Shown here piece by piece: positions 61,774 through 64,000 of a DNA stretch of 64,000 nt. Every line of letters starts with the position of its first letter. Position 1 is the first letter of the stretch. The notes beneath the pieces were generated by a model. That model worked only from the letters and a program-made list of their open reading frames with translations. It was not told the origin of the DNA and made no database searches. The stretch lies in NCBI GenBank assembly GCA_964016885.1, contig OZ024740.1:335730001-335794000 (forward strand), written 5' to 3'. The translations under genes and the position numbers were made by a program. The stretch comes from Eledone cirrhosa (Eukaryota).

Positions 61774-63230
61774 CTACTACCGGTCAAATAAAGGAAAACA
61801 GAAAGGAATAGGAACATAAGTCAGCGTTAATATCATGCCACAAGAAAAAAGAAAGAAAGAAAGAAGAGAGAAGAAGAGAGAAGGAAGAAAAGGAAGAAGA
61901 AGAGAAGTCAGGGTTAATGTGAGCTATAAGAAGAAAGACAGAAAGAAAGAGGAGGAAAGGTCGGTATTACAGTCAGGTCAGGAATGTCGCGAAAAAAATT
62001 TATTCTAAGGGACCCGTATCTTAACAACTACTACCTGTCAAATATAGGCAAACAAAAAGGGGGAGCAAGATAAGTCAGCGTTAATATCATGCCATAAGGA
62101 GAAAGACAGAAAGAAGGGAGAAGAGAAGGAAGAAAAGGAAAAAGAAGAAAAGTCAGGGTTGATGGCTACAAGAAGAAAGATAGAAAGAAAGAGGAAGAAA
62201 GGTCGATATTAATGTCAACCACAGTCAGGCCAGGAATAGCGCGAAAAAAGTATTTTCAAAGGGATCCGTATCTTAGCAGAGGTAAATATAGTGGGGGTCT
62301 GTATGTTATAATGTGTGAGCAGAAGATTGGAACGTTACAATTCTGTTTAGACTTATAGGGTGAAGTTAAAAAATAATCTTTAATATTAACATTATAAAAT
62401 TAAAGAAATTAGAAAATTGACAACCTTGTACAGCCTAACGATGCGGGTTGACATCCTGCTGGCGCACCTGAAACCTGTTATACATCCCTAGAGTGCTCGG
62501 AAAAATCGATTTCCATATCTTTCGCTAGGCGATATCGCTCGGAGTGATGGGCTGCCCAAACTTGCAGTCGCCGCATGCTGTTTGACGGCTAAACAAAGAC
62601 ATAATCTTTACTCTATAATAAAATTTAAGTGTCTTCATAAAAGACTCTTTCTTTGTTTAAACCCCGCAACCTTAAAAATGTTAAACTGTTTAACTTTCTA
62701 ATTTCTTTAATTTTATAATGTTAATATTAAATACTAATTTTTTAACTTGACCCTATAAGTCTAAACAAAATTGTAACGTTCCAATCTTCTGCTCACACAT
62801 TATAACATACAGACCCCCACTATATTTACCTCTGCTAAGATACAGGTACCTTTGAAAATATTTTTTCGCGCCATTCCTTGCCTGACTGTGGTTGACATTA
62901 ATATCGACCTTTCTTCCTCTTTCTTTCTATCTTTCTTCTTGTAGCCATCAACCCTGACTTTTCTTCTTTTTCCTTTTCTTCCTTCTCTTCTCCCTTCTTT
63001 CTGTCTTTCTCCTCATGGCATGATATTAACGCTGACTTATTAGGGATTAAACTGTTTCGCCCTGAGTGTGGTACTAGGTGTTTGTCGCATTTAATCAGAT
63101 TCTCTCGCTGATGATGCCCATGGATTATCTGTTACAAACACACTCAGGGCGAAACAGATTAATCCCTAATCTGTCGGAGAGATATAATTGTTATTGAGGC
63201 GGTTTGTATAATATAATTTTATTTTATTTT
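61774..63230. mobile_element. Probable Penelope-like element remnant: tandem plus inverted pLTR-like repeats
   Basis: Direct repeats 61774-62027 / 62028-62278; inverted arms 62070-62414 / 62695-63040; short inversion 63039-63070 versus 63139-63170; hammerhead at 63101-63182; no intact ORF. Confidence 0.6.
63101..63182 (+). ncRNA. Type I hammerhead ribozyme
   Basis: UCUCUCg-CUGAUGA-U-GCCC(27-nt loop)GGGC-GAA-ACAGAUUA auccc UAAUCUGU-C-gGAGAGA. Complete core, 8-bp stem III, GUC site at 63173-63175, one G.G mismatch at the base of stem I. Confidence 0.75.
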
Positions 63231-63329
63231 ATTTTATCATTCTGTCTGCTTCATGGTTAAATATTTCAAACAAAGGTGGTCTTTCAACCCTCGTAATATT
63301 AGACACACTATTTACTGTGTTTCTTACTA

Positions 63330-63935
<606 letters not shown>

Positions 63936-64000
63936 TCCTCATTTTATCACGAGCACTCTATCTCAAAATTAAAAACTTAAAACTAAAACTCAATACTAAT

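Overview
Eukaryotic, AT-rich, repeat-only window with no recognisable host gene. The SINE style and microsatellite load suggest a coleoid cephalopod such as Octopus (inference). About 70% of the window is two arrays of non-LTR retrotransposons (1-15.1 kb and 21.7-58.3 kb) strung together by (TAA)n tracts. R4/Dong-clade elements (RT plus restriction-like endonuclease) all lie on +. L1/Tx1-clade elements (ORF1; ORF2 with APE endonuclease plus RT; at least 4 ORF1 types) all lie on -, as do the four tRNA-derived SINEs sitting in the array tracts; the SINE shares the Tx1 3' tail. One Dong (ORF 48374-51766) and one Tx1 (40936-46959) have uninterrupted ORFs. Highlights: (1) two endonuclease classes use the same microsatellite with opposite, fixed polarity; (2) every intact Tx1 ORF1/ORF2 junction has a GGTAAGT splice donor overlapping the ORF1 stop, and the 3' UTRs carry a U-rich tract ending in CAG, so ORF2 looks like a retained intron; (3) the intact Dong copy has a strong sense-strand A>G excess resembling ADAR hyper-editing fixed by reverse transcription; (4) hammerhead-ribozyme folds in or next to Penelope-like inverted repeats. 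Family labels A-E are my own. All alignments and counts were done by eye.
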